Part shown: one piece after another, positions 1-11,426 of the stretch
How positions within the stretch are numbered: the stretch's first letter is position 1
Layout: the number at the start of each line of letters is the position of its first letter
NCBI GenBank assembly: GCA_951406725.2
Contig: OX597817.1
Coordinates: 42,780,001-42,844,000, forward strand
Direction of reading: 5' to 3'
DNA from: Octopus vulgaris
Taxonomy: Eukaryota
Length of the DNA: 64,000 nt
Program-made: the position numbers and the translations under genes
The notes under the pieces: generated by a model
What the model saw: the letters and a program-made list of their open reading frames with translations, nothing else
Told to the model about the DNA's origin: nothing
The model's database searches: none

Positions 1-422
1 GGAAAACTGAAAGTGTAATTTCATTTTTATTTAAATTTCTTGTTTTTTTGTTTGTTTGTGTTTCCTTCTTTCTGTATCAAGTTAGCTAACATCCATTCAA
101 CTTATAAGGTTTCAAGCCAATATTTATCCCTTGATAATTTTCCTTGTAATTTTTTTACCTGTTATGTTACTAGCTATGGTGTTTGGTTATCTCCCTTTAC
201 ATTCTATTTCTAGTCCAGCCTAGGTTCACCTTCTCAGTTGACAAAGAAGTATTGACATCAATATAACTTACACCTCAGAAGATTCTAATTTAATACTGCC
301 TCAATTGCATATAACAGATTTTTAATTAATTCTAATCAACAAAAATGTCAAAACTGTATCACTTGTCTTTTTATCTTTTTTAGAATTAGTAATTTAAATT
401 ATTGTTCTCATCACTGAAAGTG

Positions 423-709
423 TATTCTGTTGTGTCTGGGGAGAGTCATTTTCTTTTTGTGCCTTATATAATTTAATACACTCACTGGTAAAATTTCCAC
501 TTATTTCTTATTTTTATTTTCCTAAAATTTTCGTTACATCTTGCAACCTTTTCAATAGTCATAAAAATAAAAATAAGAAATAAGTGGAAATTTTACTGGT
601 GAGTGTGTTAAATTATAAGGCACAAAAAGAAAATTACTCTCCCCAGACACAACAGAATATGCTTCAACACATGAACTCATATAAAGAATCTTGGAAACCA
701 AATCCAAAA
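423..709 (-). mobile_element. Probable Penelope-like element terminal-repeat remnant with ~97-bp inverted arms (423-520 / 563-659)
   Basis: The arms are reverse complements with a few mismatches, and the loop carries a hammerhead-like core. The same family occurs without the inverted arm at 63135-63340. Inverted terminal arrangements and minimal hammerheads are established features of Penelope-like elements. Confidence 0.6.
522..558 (-). ncRNA. Type-I minimal hammerhead-ribozyme-like motif (U3-A8 variant core)
   Basis: The minus strand reads CUA-UUGAAAA-G-GUUGC-aagau-GUAAC-GAA-AAUU-U-UAG: stem I CUA/UAG, core UUGAnAA, 5-bp stem II, GAA(A), and a palindromic AAUU stem III. Activity is untested. 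Confidence 0.5.
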
Positions 710-1237
710 GGAAAACTGAAAGTGTAATTTCATTTTTATTTAAATTTCTTGTTTTTTTGTTTGTTTGTGTTTTCTTCTTTCTGTATCAAGTTAGCTAACA
801 TCCATTCAACTTATAAGGTTTCAAGCCAATATTTATCCCTTGATAATTTTCCTTGTAATTTTTTTACCTGTTATGTTACTAGCTATGGTGTTTGGTTATC
901 TCCCTTTACATTCTATTTCTAGTCCAGCCTAGGTTCACCTTCTCAGTTGACAAAGAAGTATTGACATCAATATAACTTACACCTCAGAAGATAGCGCATG
1001 CCAAAATCCATTGATGGAAACTAATAAAAGAATCACCAGCATTTCCTCTAAGCTTTATACTTGTTTGTGTGTGTGTGTATACACATTTTACAACAAGAAA
1101 TGGGGAAAAACGTGCACACAGGATGTTAGGATGGATTTTTTTAATTGAAGAAATTTGAACATGGATACACACATATTTTGCAAACAAAGACAAAATTTGC
1201 CCACACGACAAATTTCTGCACACATTCAATGCAAAAA

Positions 1238-1590
1238 ATTAAAAGGAATATTGCTCTTGTGAATTACGCAGTGCATTCCAGAAGTTTTCAGACTTTTTAG
1301 GAGCGACAGTTATAACTCTCCTAGATTAGAAGGAATATATGCTCTTATAAATTATGCAGTGCATTCCAGAAGTTTTAGACTTTTTAAGAGCGACAGTTAT
1401 AACTCTCCTAGATTAAAAGGAATATTGCTCTTGTGAATTATGCAGTGTATTCCAGAAGTTTTCAGACTTTTTAGGAGCGACAGTTATAACTCTCCTAGAT
1501 TAGAAGGAATATATGCTCTTACAAATTATGCAGTGCATTCCAGAAGTTTTCAGACTTTTTAAGAGTGACAGTTAAAACTGTCCTAGATTA
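1238..1590 (+). repeat. Tandem array of four 87-bp units (alternating A/B dimer) made of flank plus mariner left terminal inverted repeat
   Basis: Units start at 1238, 1325, 1412 and 1499. Units 1 and 3 share aaaaggaatattgctcttgtg; units 2 and 4 share agaaggaatatatgctctta. Two more partial units lie at ~1876-2010. Confidence 0.93.
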
Positions 1591-3113
1591 TTGTAATTTT
1601 AATATATCATTTCTATACATCTAATAAGCTGACCTGCCAACTTTTTATTATTCCAGATTGAAGGAGATGACTGTAATGGCACTTTGAATACAGAGCTGAC
1701 TAGTTTGGAGAATGCAATCAGGACATGAAGACGATTTGAAAGCTTGTGTTAAACTGGGCAAAATACCATAGAAGCTTATGAAATGCTTCAGACTACTTAT
1801 GGGTTAACTTTTTCGCAGGCATAAGAAGTTCAAGGGCAGCAGAAAAAAGGTAGAAGATGGTGAGAGATGTGGGAGATTAGAAGGAATATTGCTCTTGTAA
1901 ATTATGCAGTGCATTCCAGAAGTTTTCAGACTTTTTAGGAGCAACAGAAGGAATATTGCTCTAGTGAATTATGCAGTGCATTCCAGAAGTTTTCAGACTT
2001 TTTAGGAGCGTTAATTTTTGGGTTAATTTTTTCGCAGGCACAAGAGGTTCAAGGCAGCAGAAAAAAGGTAGAAGATGGTGAGAGATGTGGGAGGGAGAGG
2101 GATGTCAGAACACTGGAGCTGATTGAGAGAATTTGTAATTTTCTGGATGAAGGTTGTTGTGTGTCTATAAAGACAATAAGCACACAGTTTGGAGTTGGTG
2201 TCGCAACTGTACACAGAATTATTCATAAAGATCTGAATGTAGGGGTGGCTGTGTGGTAAGTAGCTTGCTTACAAACTACATGGTTCCAGGTTCAGTTCCA
2301 CTGCGTGGCACCTTGGGCAAGTGTCTTCTACTATAGCCTCGGGCCGACCAAAGCCTTGTGAGTGGATTTGGTAGACGGAAACTGAAAGAAGCCTGTCGTA
2401 TATATGTATATATATATGTATGTGTGTCTATATGTTTGTGTGTCTGTGTCCCCCCCCCCCCCAACATCACTTGACAACTGATGCTGGTGTGTTCACGTCC
2501 ACGTAACTTAGCGGTTCGGCAAAAGAGACCAATAGAATAAGTACTAGGCTTACAAAGAATAAGTCCTGGGGTTGATTTGCTTGACTAAAGGCGGTGCTCC
2601 AGCATGGCCACAGTCACATGACTGAAACAAGTAAAAGAGTAAAAGAGGGGTTGATTTGTTTGATTAAAGGCAGTGTTCCAGCATGGCCACAGTCACATGA
2701 CTGAAACAAGTAAAAGAGTAAGAGTATGCACTAAATTTGTGCAAAGTTTCTTCTTAGGGTGCTCAGTGATAAACATCCTGGTAACCAACTGCTTGACAGA
2801 GATGGGCACCAAAACTATCCGTCACCCTCCCTACAGTCCAGTCATTGCACCCTGAGACTTTTGGCTGTTCGCCGAGTTGAAGAAGAATCCCAGAGATAAT
2901 TGTCTGAAAGATGAAGGAGGCTGTGACAAGGGTCCTAGACACCTTCACTTTGAGGGAACTTCTATGAGATCTTCACAAAGTGGCTGCATTACTACAGCAA
3001 GTACTTTGAAGTCAGAACATCCTACTTTGAAGGAGATTCGAGTTTTGTACTGCTTTGAAATTAATAAATGTCTCTCTTGAAAAAGTCTGAAAATTTGCAG
3101 AATGCACTTTGTA
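1265..3113 (+). mobile_element. Degenerate mariner (Tc1/mariner) transposon
   Basis: Left TIR TAcgcagtgcattccagaagttttcagactttt and right TIR aaaagtctgaaaatttgcagaatgcactttgTA (3081-3113). Transposase remnants: CVKLGK..EAYEMLQTTYG (~1745-1803), VEDGERCGR (~1850, ~2068) and HPPYSPVIAP*DFWLF (~2823-2870, the YSPDLAP motif). Interrupted by a SINE. Confidence 0.88.
2238..2724 (+). mobile_element. tRNA-derived SINE (family A) with internal microsatellite and a tandemly duplicated ~79-bp 3' end
   Basis: A-box-like TGGCTGTGTGG, B-box-like GGTTCAGTTCC and a (gtaaaaga)n tail. Many copies occur in the window (6151-6552, 29669-30295, 35285-35912, 39620-40010, 45955-46270, 62445-62772). Confidence 0.85.
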
Positions 3114-3438
3114 TCTGGTCACTAATGCATCCATTCTGACTTCTTGTGTTTTATCATACAAACATGGCCTATGCATGCACCTTTGTCTATCATTACTGTC
3201 TTTCTTTATTTGAGATTCGCCAACACTACACCTGATTTTCTCCCCTCCATACACACGCAAGCATGTATCTGACTCATACACTGTTCACTTCCCAGACATT
3301 TGTACATTACTGCATATGCTTTATATGCACTTTTGACATGTTGTGATGCACCTGAGCACTGTATACAATAATTTCATTATTATTATTATTATTATTTGAC
3401 TCATCATTACTTTCTGTCCCTTCTTTTACTATTTTAAC

Positions 3439-3681
3439 TTCTTTATTGCCCACAGGGGGCTAAACATAGAGGGGACAAACAAGGGAATAAGTTGATTATA
3501 TCAACCCCAGTGCATAACTGGTACTTATTTCATTGACCCTGAAAAGATGAAAGGCAAAGTCGACCTCAGCAGAATTTGAGCTCAGAACATAAAGACAGAC
3601 AATATACTGCTAAGCATTTCGCACAAAATGCTAACGTTTCTGCTAGTTCGCCACCTTAATGTTTCTGCCAGCTCGCCCTCT
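3439..3681 (-). mobile_element. SINE family B (gtcgactttgcctttcatcctttc-type core)
   Basis: Homologous copies at 35551-35763, 40037-40228, 47209-47603 (two in tandem) and 54386-54616. Confidence 0.85.
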
Positions 3682-4003
3682 TTTACTATTTCCCAATGGA
3701 TTACAATGCATCTGATCACTGTATCCAATAAGTTAATTATTTTCATTTATCTTTTATTGAAATAAAAGCAGTGACATCCATAATTGGATGCTCTTAAAGA
3801 TCAGTACTTTGATAATTAACCTTTTGCACGTTAATAGCTCACAGATGATCTATGCTTACCATTGGGAGGGAATTGTAAATTCCATAGAAATTTAAGTTGA
3901 TTTGGTTTTATTGATGTGAAACAGTTAAGTGTGGTTTTTTGCTAGTAATGCACCAGTTTAACACTTGGTCCTTCAGTACCATATACCAGAGTCTACTACT
4001 ACT

Positions 4004-4203
4004 ACTCTTTTACTTGTTTCAGTCATGTGACTGTGGTCATGCTGGAGCACCGCCTTTAGTCAAGCAAATTGTTCCCATGACTTATTCTTTGTGAGCCTAG
4101 TACTTATTCTATCAGTCTCTTTTGCCAAACTGCTAAGTTGCGGGGATGTGAACACACCAGCATCGGTTGTCAAGCGATGTTGGGGGGACAAACACACACA
4201 TAT
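4004..4203 (-). mobile_element. 3' half of SINE family A, truncated at its microsatellite next to the LINE
   Basis: Matches 6151-6350 closely. Confidence 0.8.
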
Positions 4204-4207
4204 ATCA

Positions 4208-5360
4208 ACACCTGGTTGGTGTCATTCCTAAGATTTGGAGCAGGGGTAATCACATGGACAGTAGACAAACTAAACAGCTTAAACAGAAAGACAAGGAAAT
4301 TACTGATTAGATACGGGATACTCCACCCAAAAAGTGACACAGACAGACTGTATGTACCAAGAAAAAGAGGGGGAAGAGGACTGATTGGATGCGAATGCAG
4401 CATTAGAACAGAAGAAAACAACATAGCATGGTATGTAAAAATGTCACTGAACCACTATTATTGGAAGTAGGAAGGTCAGGCTTGTGTAAGATGGAAAATT
4501 GCAAAGATAAAACACTGTACAAGTACTTGAGAATGAATGAAACTGAAAATAGGTGGATAAAGAAAAGAATGCATAGACAATTTCATAAGAATGTTTAAGA
4601 TAAGACAGACAGAGACAAAAGCTGGCTATAGATGACTAAAACTGATTTAAAACCAGAACCCAGAAACTAATCTGTGCTGCCCAAATACATCAAATACAAA
4701 ATAGACAACACATCAGAAAGTGATAAGTGCAGAATCTGTGGACAAAATGTACACCACTAACCCAGAAAGAATATAAGAGACGTCATGACAATATAGCAAG
4801 GATTGTCCATTGGACACTTTGCAACAAGTTTGGACTTAACAGAGGAAAAATGTGGTATGAACATAAACCCGAAGGCATCATTGAAAATGATAATGCAAAG
4901 ATCCTATGGGATTTTATGATTCAGTGTGACCATGAGATAGAGAATAGGAAACCAGACATAGTATTAATTGAGAAAGAAAGCAAACAAAACTGGATCATAG
5001 ATATAGCATGCCCAGCTGACAACAAGGTATGCGATAAAGAAGAAAAGTAGATAGATATGACAGGTTAGCTTGGGAGGTTAAGCAGTTGTGGTCGCTATGG
5101 TAGTAGTACCAATAATTGTCGGAGCCCTGGTAACAGTGAATAAAAATCTTGAGAAGTACATGGAACAATTAAGGGCTGCAATAAGGGTGGAGCACTTGCA
5201 GGAAACAGCACTGCTTGGAACCACTCAAATACTCTGGATGGGGCTCGAAAAATAAGGAGTATTACCTTAGTTCACTGATAGTGAACAGCTGGTACAGTAG
5301 TACATCTCCAGTGTTAGAAGCTGTGCAAAGACAATAAATAATACTAATAATAAAAATAAA
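4208..5360 (+). mobile_element. Dong/R4-type non-LTR retrotransposon 3' fragment (RT C-terminus, Zn knuckle remnant, restriction-like endonuclease), frameshifted
   Basis: Contains LHPKSDTDRLYVPRKRGGRGL, CRICGQ, YKRRHDNIARIVHW and ILWDF..QCDHEIENRKPDIV...IIDIACP, and ends in a TAA-rich tail. Confidence 0.88.
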
Positions 5361-6150
5361 GGTTTCATATTGGTGGCACAAGATCAAAGCTTGCTTACGA
5401 AAAACTACCATTTTAACGTTCTTCAAAACAGTTCTGACCCTAAATGCAAATTCTGTGACACATTTGATTAGAAATGGACCATCCTGTCTCAAGATGTCCT
5501 GTGCTGACACCAAACAAATACTAAAATTGCTACAATAGAGTAGGACAGAATTTACATTTGAAAATATGTAAACACTACAAAATCAGCACTCCTGCTTTCT
5601 GGTATGAACATCATCCTGAGCCAGTCGTTGAAAGTAAAAATGTCACTCTCCTCTGGGATTTTCCAGTCAACACTGACAGAATGATCCAGAATGACCAGAC
5701 ATAATTATTAAAAACAAAGAAGAAAACACTTGTAGACTAATTGATGTAAGTGTTCCCACTGATAAAAATATATCTGTGAAGGAATTTGGCAAATTAAGTA
5801 AATATAAGGTGCTGGAAATTGAAATACAAAAGATGTGGCATCTTAAAGCGAGAACTGTTCCTGTTATTGTGGGTGCCCTAGGTATAAGAAAGGGATGTCA
5901 GAAGCATCTAGATAACATCCCAGGAGAACCATGTCTCAGAGAAATCCAAAAGATTGGGCTGACAAGTATTGCTCACGTCCTTAGAAAAACCCTTCAATTT
6001 AAATGTATGTGTTGTATTACATGAAGATATTTCACTACTGCCCCTGCCACTTTCCCTAGCCAAACTTTCAGTCATATTGTAACATCTCTTATTCTTCACT
6101 TGCCCTAAGACGCTGGGTGTGTCTTATGCAAATTAAAAGTAAATAATAAT
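5361..6150 (+). mobile_element. Second, divergent Dong/R4-type 3' fragment directly behind the first
   Basis: Contains WYEHHPE..LLWDFPVNTDR..PDII..LIDVSVPTDKNI..KEFGKLSKYK.LEIEIQKMWHL...VPVIVGALG, and ends in (taa)n. Confidence 0.85.
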
Positions 6151-6552
6151 ACTCTTTTACTTGTTTCAGTCATTTGACAGTGGCCATGCTAGAGCACCGC
6201 CTTTAGTCGAGCAAATCGACCCCAGGACTTATTCTTTGGAAGCCTAGTACTTATTCTAACGATCTCTATTGCTGAACTGCTAAGTTATGGGGACACAAAC
6301 ACACCACCATCAGTTGTCAAGCGATGTTGGGGGGGAGATAAACACAGACACACAAACATATATATATATATATACATACATACACATATACAACAGGCTT
6401 CTTTCAGTTTCTGTCTACCAGATCCACTCACAAAGCTTTGGTCGGCCCAAGGCTATAGTAGTAGACACTTGCTCAAGGTGACACAAAGTGGGAATGAACC
6501 TGGAACCATGTGGTTGGTAAGCAAGCTACTTACCACACAGCCACTCCTGCGC
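6151..6552 (-). mobile_element. SINE family A, full length
   Basis: Reverse-complement homologue of 2238-2640, flanked by (taa)/(tta) repeats. Confidence 0.88.
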
Positions 6553-7620
6553 TTATTATTATTATTATTAATATTAAAAACCCTATAGCTGATGGTGCTT
6601 ATAATAGTGATTATGAAACAGTATATGCTTATTGCCCTGTTAACTAATCTAGCGACAATGATAGGGTTACTGGACTGCAGAACAACAAAGCAAAAGTGAA
6701 TTCTGTTATTTTATTGAGATGGATGATTCGCTTTTCTTATTATAGACAACTAAATAATTTGTTATACTCCAACCTACTTCAGTATTCCATATCCAGTTTT
6801 CGGTGTGCATTCTTTGTAGGTTATTCTAGAGAGATTAGTGGTCCAGACAAAGCTGACATAATCCATTATTTGTACACCATTGTTGTTGTTGCCATTAACC
6901 AGTTCTGCATATTCAACACTAGCACAGTGAGAGTTGGATGGAGGGTGCAGTCCACCCTGGGTGGCACTACTTTTGGGTCTTCTGTAAGCAATATGTACTT
7001 TTCGTTGGGCCCTGGGGGTGACATACTCTAGCTATGCAAGTGATATTTAGTTTTAAGTGAGATTTAATTTTCTTATGGCTATAACTACTACTTCCCCCAA
7101 ATCCTTTGCTCAACCTTTTGTGAATTCCCTGCCGTAGATCATCAGACTGTCCCATGCTTCAAATCACCTGCTTTTCAAACAGAGAAAGAAACACTTTGTT
7201 ATTAGTGTGTAATTCCATAGTTGATCAAATATCCAGATATATTGTTCCTGTTTTATAATTCCTTTAACCAAAAACCACACTATATGCTCTGTATAACATG
7301 TAATGTGGCATCTGTATTTTCTTCCCTGTCCATTTCTGTATGCCAAAGAATCTATTGGTTGTCACTAGAGATAGGGAAAATGAACTTGGGCACTGTTTCT
7401 GTTTCCATAGATTTATTATCAGTGGATGCATCCTAGAACTCCATTTGTGGGTAATGAAGCTATTGATGCTGGAACTATATCTGTGTGTGTGTGGGGGTGG
7501 GTGGGGGTGTAACCATAAATAAGAAATGGAACACAAAACAATAAACTGAACAAATATAAATTCAATTCAATTTAGATATTTTACACTTAGCTAAATTGTT
7601 ATATATATATATATATATAT

Positions 7621-7784
7621 TGTTAATCCAAACATGAAAACACAACAACGCGAGGACGTGGAACAAGTATCGTGTTATTGGACGCCCAGGAGCTCTTTGT
7701 CAGAAACATAGAAAAAGGAAAGGTCCAAGGTAGGGAAAAATGGAGAAAGAAAATCGCCAATGATACACACGTGGTCACATATTG

Positions 7785-7787
<3 letters not shown>
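7621..7787. mobile_element. Short element inserted in a (TA)n tract, possibly a Penelope-derived remnant
   Basis: CpG-containing 167-bp segment flanked on both sides by (TA)n. The minus strand has ctgacaaagagctcc, resembling half of a hammerhead core with no downstream GAAA. Confidence 0.3.
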
Positions 7788-7821
<34 letters not shown>

Positions 7822-8482
7822 TGTTTAGCTGAGTGAAAGAGAGAGTGTTTTTGATTTTCCTGTAGGGTACTGTATATATATTTGAAGATTTTTTTTCAAG
7901 TACACCCTGTGAATGTCAGTTTGTTTCAGGAGCAAACTTCATCCTTAAATTATCGAGGTGGTCTTTTATTCTTAATATATTTGTTTCATTACACATATGG
8001 AAATTTGGTGACACCGTTGTGCAACTAGTGGCTGTATGAAGTGCAATGCTTTTGTATTCTTTGCAGTTTATTCTAGAGAGATAGTGATCCAGAAGAAACT
8101 GGCATAATCCATTATTTGTACACTATTATTGTTGTTTGCTGTTGGTCAAATATGGAACATATTTGTGTTCTATTTATACACATGTAGCATTCATAGATCA
8201 TTCATATATTCCGCATTTACACACACACACACAATAACGAATGCTTTCTTTGCTATTCATTTGTGTGTGTTGTGCATATCATGGAGGTTTTGTACATAAC
8301 TAAGTACGTTTGTGATGTTTACTACCAAGTGTGAATATTGGTTGTATTCAATAGCCTATGGCATTGTTGGTAAGAAGGAAGATAGTAGATTTGATAGGTG
8401 CTACTTTAAGTTTGTTGTTTTGGAACCTGAGATTTCCAGATAATTTAAGTATGGTGGACTAGTTGTACAGTACTATTAAAAC

Positions 8483-8715
8483 CACTGGTTCTTGACTATT
8501 TTTTGCCTATGGACCCCTTTGATTCAGTTTTTTACTCTTCTGGACTTCCATAGCCATTCAGTGGTTAAAAAAAAAACCAACTCTATTTTTATACTTGAAT
8601 ATTATCAAGAATTGTATAAAAAAAATTTTAATATTTTGCTTATTGTAGAGAATAAGTAATTTATTGTACATAAATGTTAATAAAATCTTATATGGACCCC
8701 CACTGAGAACTCCTG
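8483..8715. mobile_element. hAT-type MITE, older copy of the family at 42109-42391
   Basis: Degenerate CAGTGGTT..AAC-type termini (cactggttcttgac / actgagaactcctg) and internal similarity to 42109-42391. Confidence 0.6.
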
Positions 8716-10279
8716 ATTTAGATAATAGTGGTAGGATGGAAATGTAATGTCATCTGAGTAAATTTTCAAAAATTCTTTGTTTTCAAAAGAGGCAGTGATT
8801 ATTAAAACCTCTTTTACCACCTAACTCTAATAAGAACATAATATAAAAAGCTGCCCAGTTATAGAGGGCTAGTTCTCAGCTCTGTTTGCATGCATGGTAT
8901 TAAGTGGATGAGAGACAAATTGCACATGGATAGGACACTAGTCTATGAGAGGTTGATAATTTGATACATAATTTCTGTTAGTGGAACAGAGGTTTATAGA
9001 ATTAAGTGTACCAGAAATCTCAAAAGTAGAATTAAACGCAACAAATGAGTTTCTTGTCCAATATCTCTCAACTGTTCTGTTTCTCAACCATTTTGTTTCT
9101 ACTCTATCATTCTCATCATGTTTTCAGCCTAAAACCAATTTCCTTGGTATCCTAAAATTTCTCCCTGAATCATGAAATCTCCACCCCTGCTCCAGGAAAA
9201 ATTTCCATGAGTGTAAGAATCACAAGTGTAGATTGTATTAATTATGCAAAATTATTTTTTTCTTTCAAGCAATAAAAAGTAAATAAATAAAATGACTCTT
9301 TAGTGTGAGACGTTAAGATACCAATATTTGTTTCTTTGATATTTTTCTTAATTCTTTTTGTTTCTTGAGAATCTTTTCAACAAATTGTAAATATATATTT
9401 TCTTTGCCAAACATACTTAATACTCTGAAAATTATTTCCTTCTTCTCTCTATAGATATTAATTTTAAGACATGAAAATTGAAACCAAAGATATATAATTA
9501 TATATTTCTAAGTAAATCTTCCCATTTCAAATCAGTTATAAGCTGGAGCATTGAGAGATTTGCTTACTATGAACTGGTAAAATTTCCTCTCCACTCCATT
9601 TATTTCTTTTCTTTAGCTTCACTTATTCCAGTAAATATCTCAAAATAAATTTATTGCTTAATAATTTCGAAACGACGGCAGACATCTATTTCTGTTTTTA
9701 TTATTGCATAAATAATTTTCCTATTGCATAGCTTTTAGACAGAAATAATTGATGAAGCAAATAAACGCCATCTGCAAAATATTCAATGCAGAAATAAAAG
9801 AATACATCACTGCAAGCTAAATCTCGCTAGATACACATAAATGTGCATGGTTTAGTAAAACATATTTTATGTATGCGATATGCTTCAATAGGTCACAAGA
9901 GAAATGCAATTGTATTTACGGGCGTGCCCACATTACACACATACAGAGGTAATCTTACAGGATAGGGCCGTTTTCAAATGTCTCCAGAATTATCTCCCTT
10001 CTCTAATGGTGTCCCTCAACATAAACACTTCATTTCGTTTACAATTTTACCATAATTTAATCATATCACCTATTGCAACAATTTCAAACGATAACTCCAA
10101 GAGGAAAATTATTTATACACCTGAAGCAAAGAAATAAATCAGATATTTATTTTTGTTTTGTTTTTAGTTTTACTTTTTAAAATGTATTTTCATTATGTCA
10201 CTTTTGTTTATGCTTATTGTAATTCGTAATTAGCAGAAGATAATTTGTAATTTTCACCCACAAATACAGGAGCATGTAC

Positions 10280-11245
10280 GAGATCGCTGACCTGCTAGAA
10301 ATGGCAATCGCATCTCCCCGAAATCACACACTACAATCAAAAACGAACACATCGGACAACACAGTCTTCGTTATACTAAAGGTCGGAATGGTCACGGCCG
10401 GAATGTTTTAGATATAAGTTTACTCAATCAGAATTTGTTGTTAAAACAACGATTTTAAAATGTCCTTATTTAAGATAATCGCTTTTATTCAGCCCCTATA
10501 TCCTTACTCATAGGACCCGAGCCAGTAACTTCATCGGTATGCAGAGGTTTAATTTTCAATTCCAATACTATAAACATTCATTAAATCAACAAGCTACGAA
10601 CGACTCTTTGAGAAGTCAGTCGACAAACGAATTCAGTCTTTCACACATCTGTACTGTGCGCTTTAGTTGTTGTTTACATCCAGGTCAGTACCGATCGAGC
10701 AAATCTTTGGTCAAAGGCATTCCAGCCGTGACCATTCCATCCCTTTCATTTCTTGGTCTACACAATATCTAATATATCCTTCCTCTTATATAATGGTAGA
10801 ATGTGATTTGAAAGAATTTGACTGTTATTTCTAGCAGGTTGAATGACCGTATAGACTTCTTAGCTGTCTATTTTAAACCCCAGGTTAACCTTAACAGAGC
10901 AGATTGATGATCATAAACATTCCATCAGCGACCAGCACGACAGCTTTTTATCATGTAGGTTTACAATATCTAATGTGTCCTGACTTTATACAAGACTGTC
11001 ATAAGTGACATGAAGGATAATTTGGTCGCTATTTTTGACAGGTCAATCGACCGCGAAGAAGCTCTTGATTGTTTAGTCCCGATCGAGCAGATTCATGATC
11101 AAATGTATTCCAGCCGTGACCATTATGTATCTTTTTTTATATCTAGGATTACATTATTCAGTGTGTCCTTCCTTTTTTTTTCAAGACAGCAGAAAGATTC
11201 AACTGCTATTTCTAGCAGATCGAGCGACCGCGTAGAGGTTCTTCA
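10280..11245. repeat. Cluster of ~200-bp interspersed repeat family E (one inverted copy plus three tandem copies)
   Basis: Shared motifs cattccagccgtgaccat and gctatttctagcaggtcgagcgacc. More degenerate copies at ~20160-20375, 37640-37975, 49430-49610, 55600-55800 and 60835-60960. Confidence 0.7.
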
Positions 11246-11256
11246 GTTGTGAACAT

Positions 11257-11426
11257 AGATGGCGGTTTGTCTGTGTAAATATGTGTGACTTCGCCCACCC
11301 CGTTAATGGACCTGCTTTTTATTTTATTATTATTATTTTTCCCCCTCTCTACTACTTGGCAAGTGGCCAAGAAGAACGACTAAACTTTTATACAAGAACC
11401 ATGCGGCAACTACGCATGCGTCCAAT
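11257..11426. promoter_or_regulatory. Promoter-like motif cluster: YY1-like AGATGGCGG, NRF1-like palindrome ACGCATGCGT, CCAAT
   Basis: AGATGGCGG at 11257-11265, ACGCATGCGT at 11412-11421 and CCAAT at 11422-11426, in a locally CpG-rich stretch with a (CG)n run at ~11594. Motif matches only. Confidence 0.35.

Larger units (their letters stand above)
1..992 (+). repeat. Near-identical direct duplication: 1-283 = 710-992 (offset 709)
   Basis: Read directly, with one mismatch seen (tttccttc vs ttttcttc). The first copy is cut by the window edge. Confidence 0.95.

Noticed and set aside
1238-1590. Regularly spaced repeats resembling a CRISPR array
   Set aside because: The whole 87-bp unit repeats with no unique spacers, there are no cas genes, the context is eukaryotic, and the unit is a mariner end.
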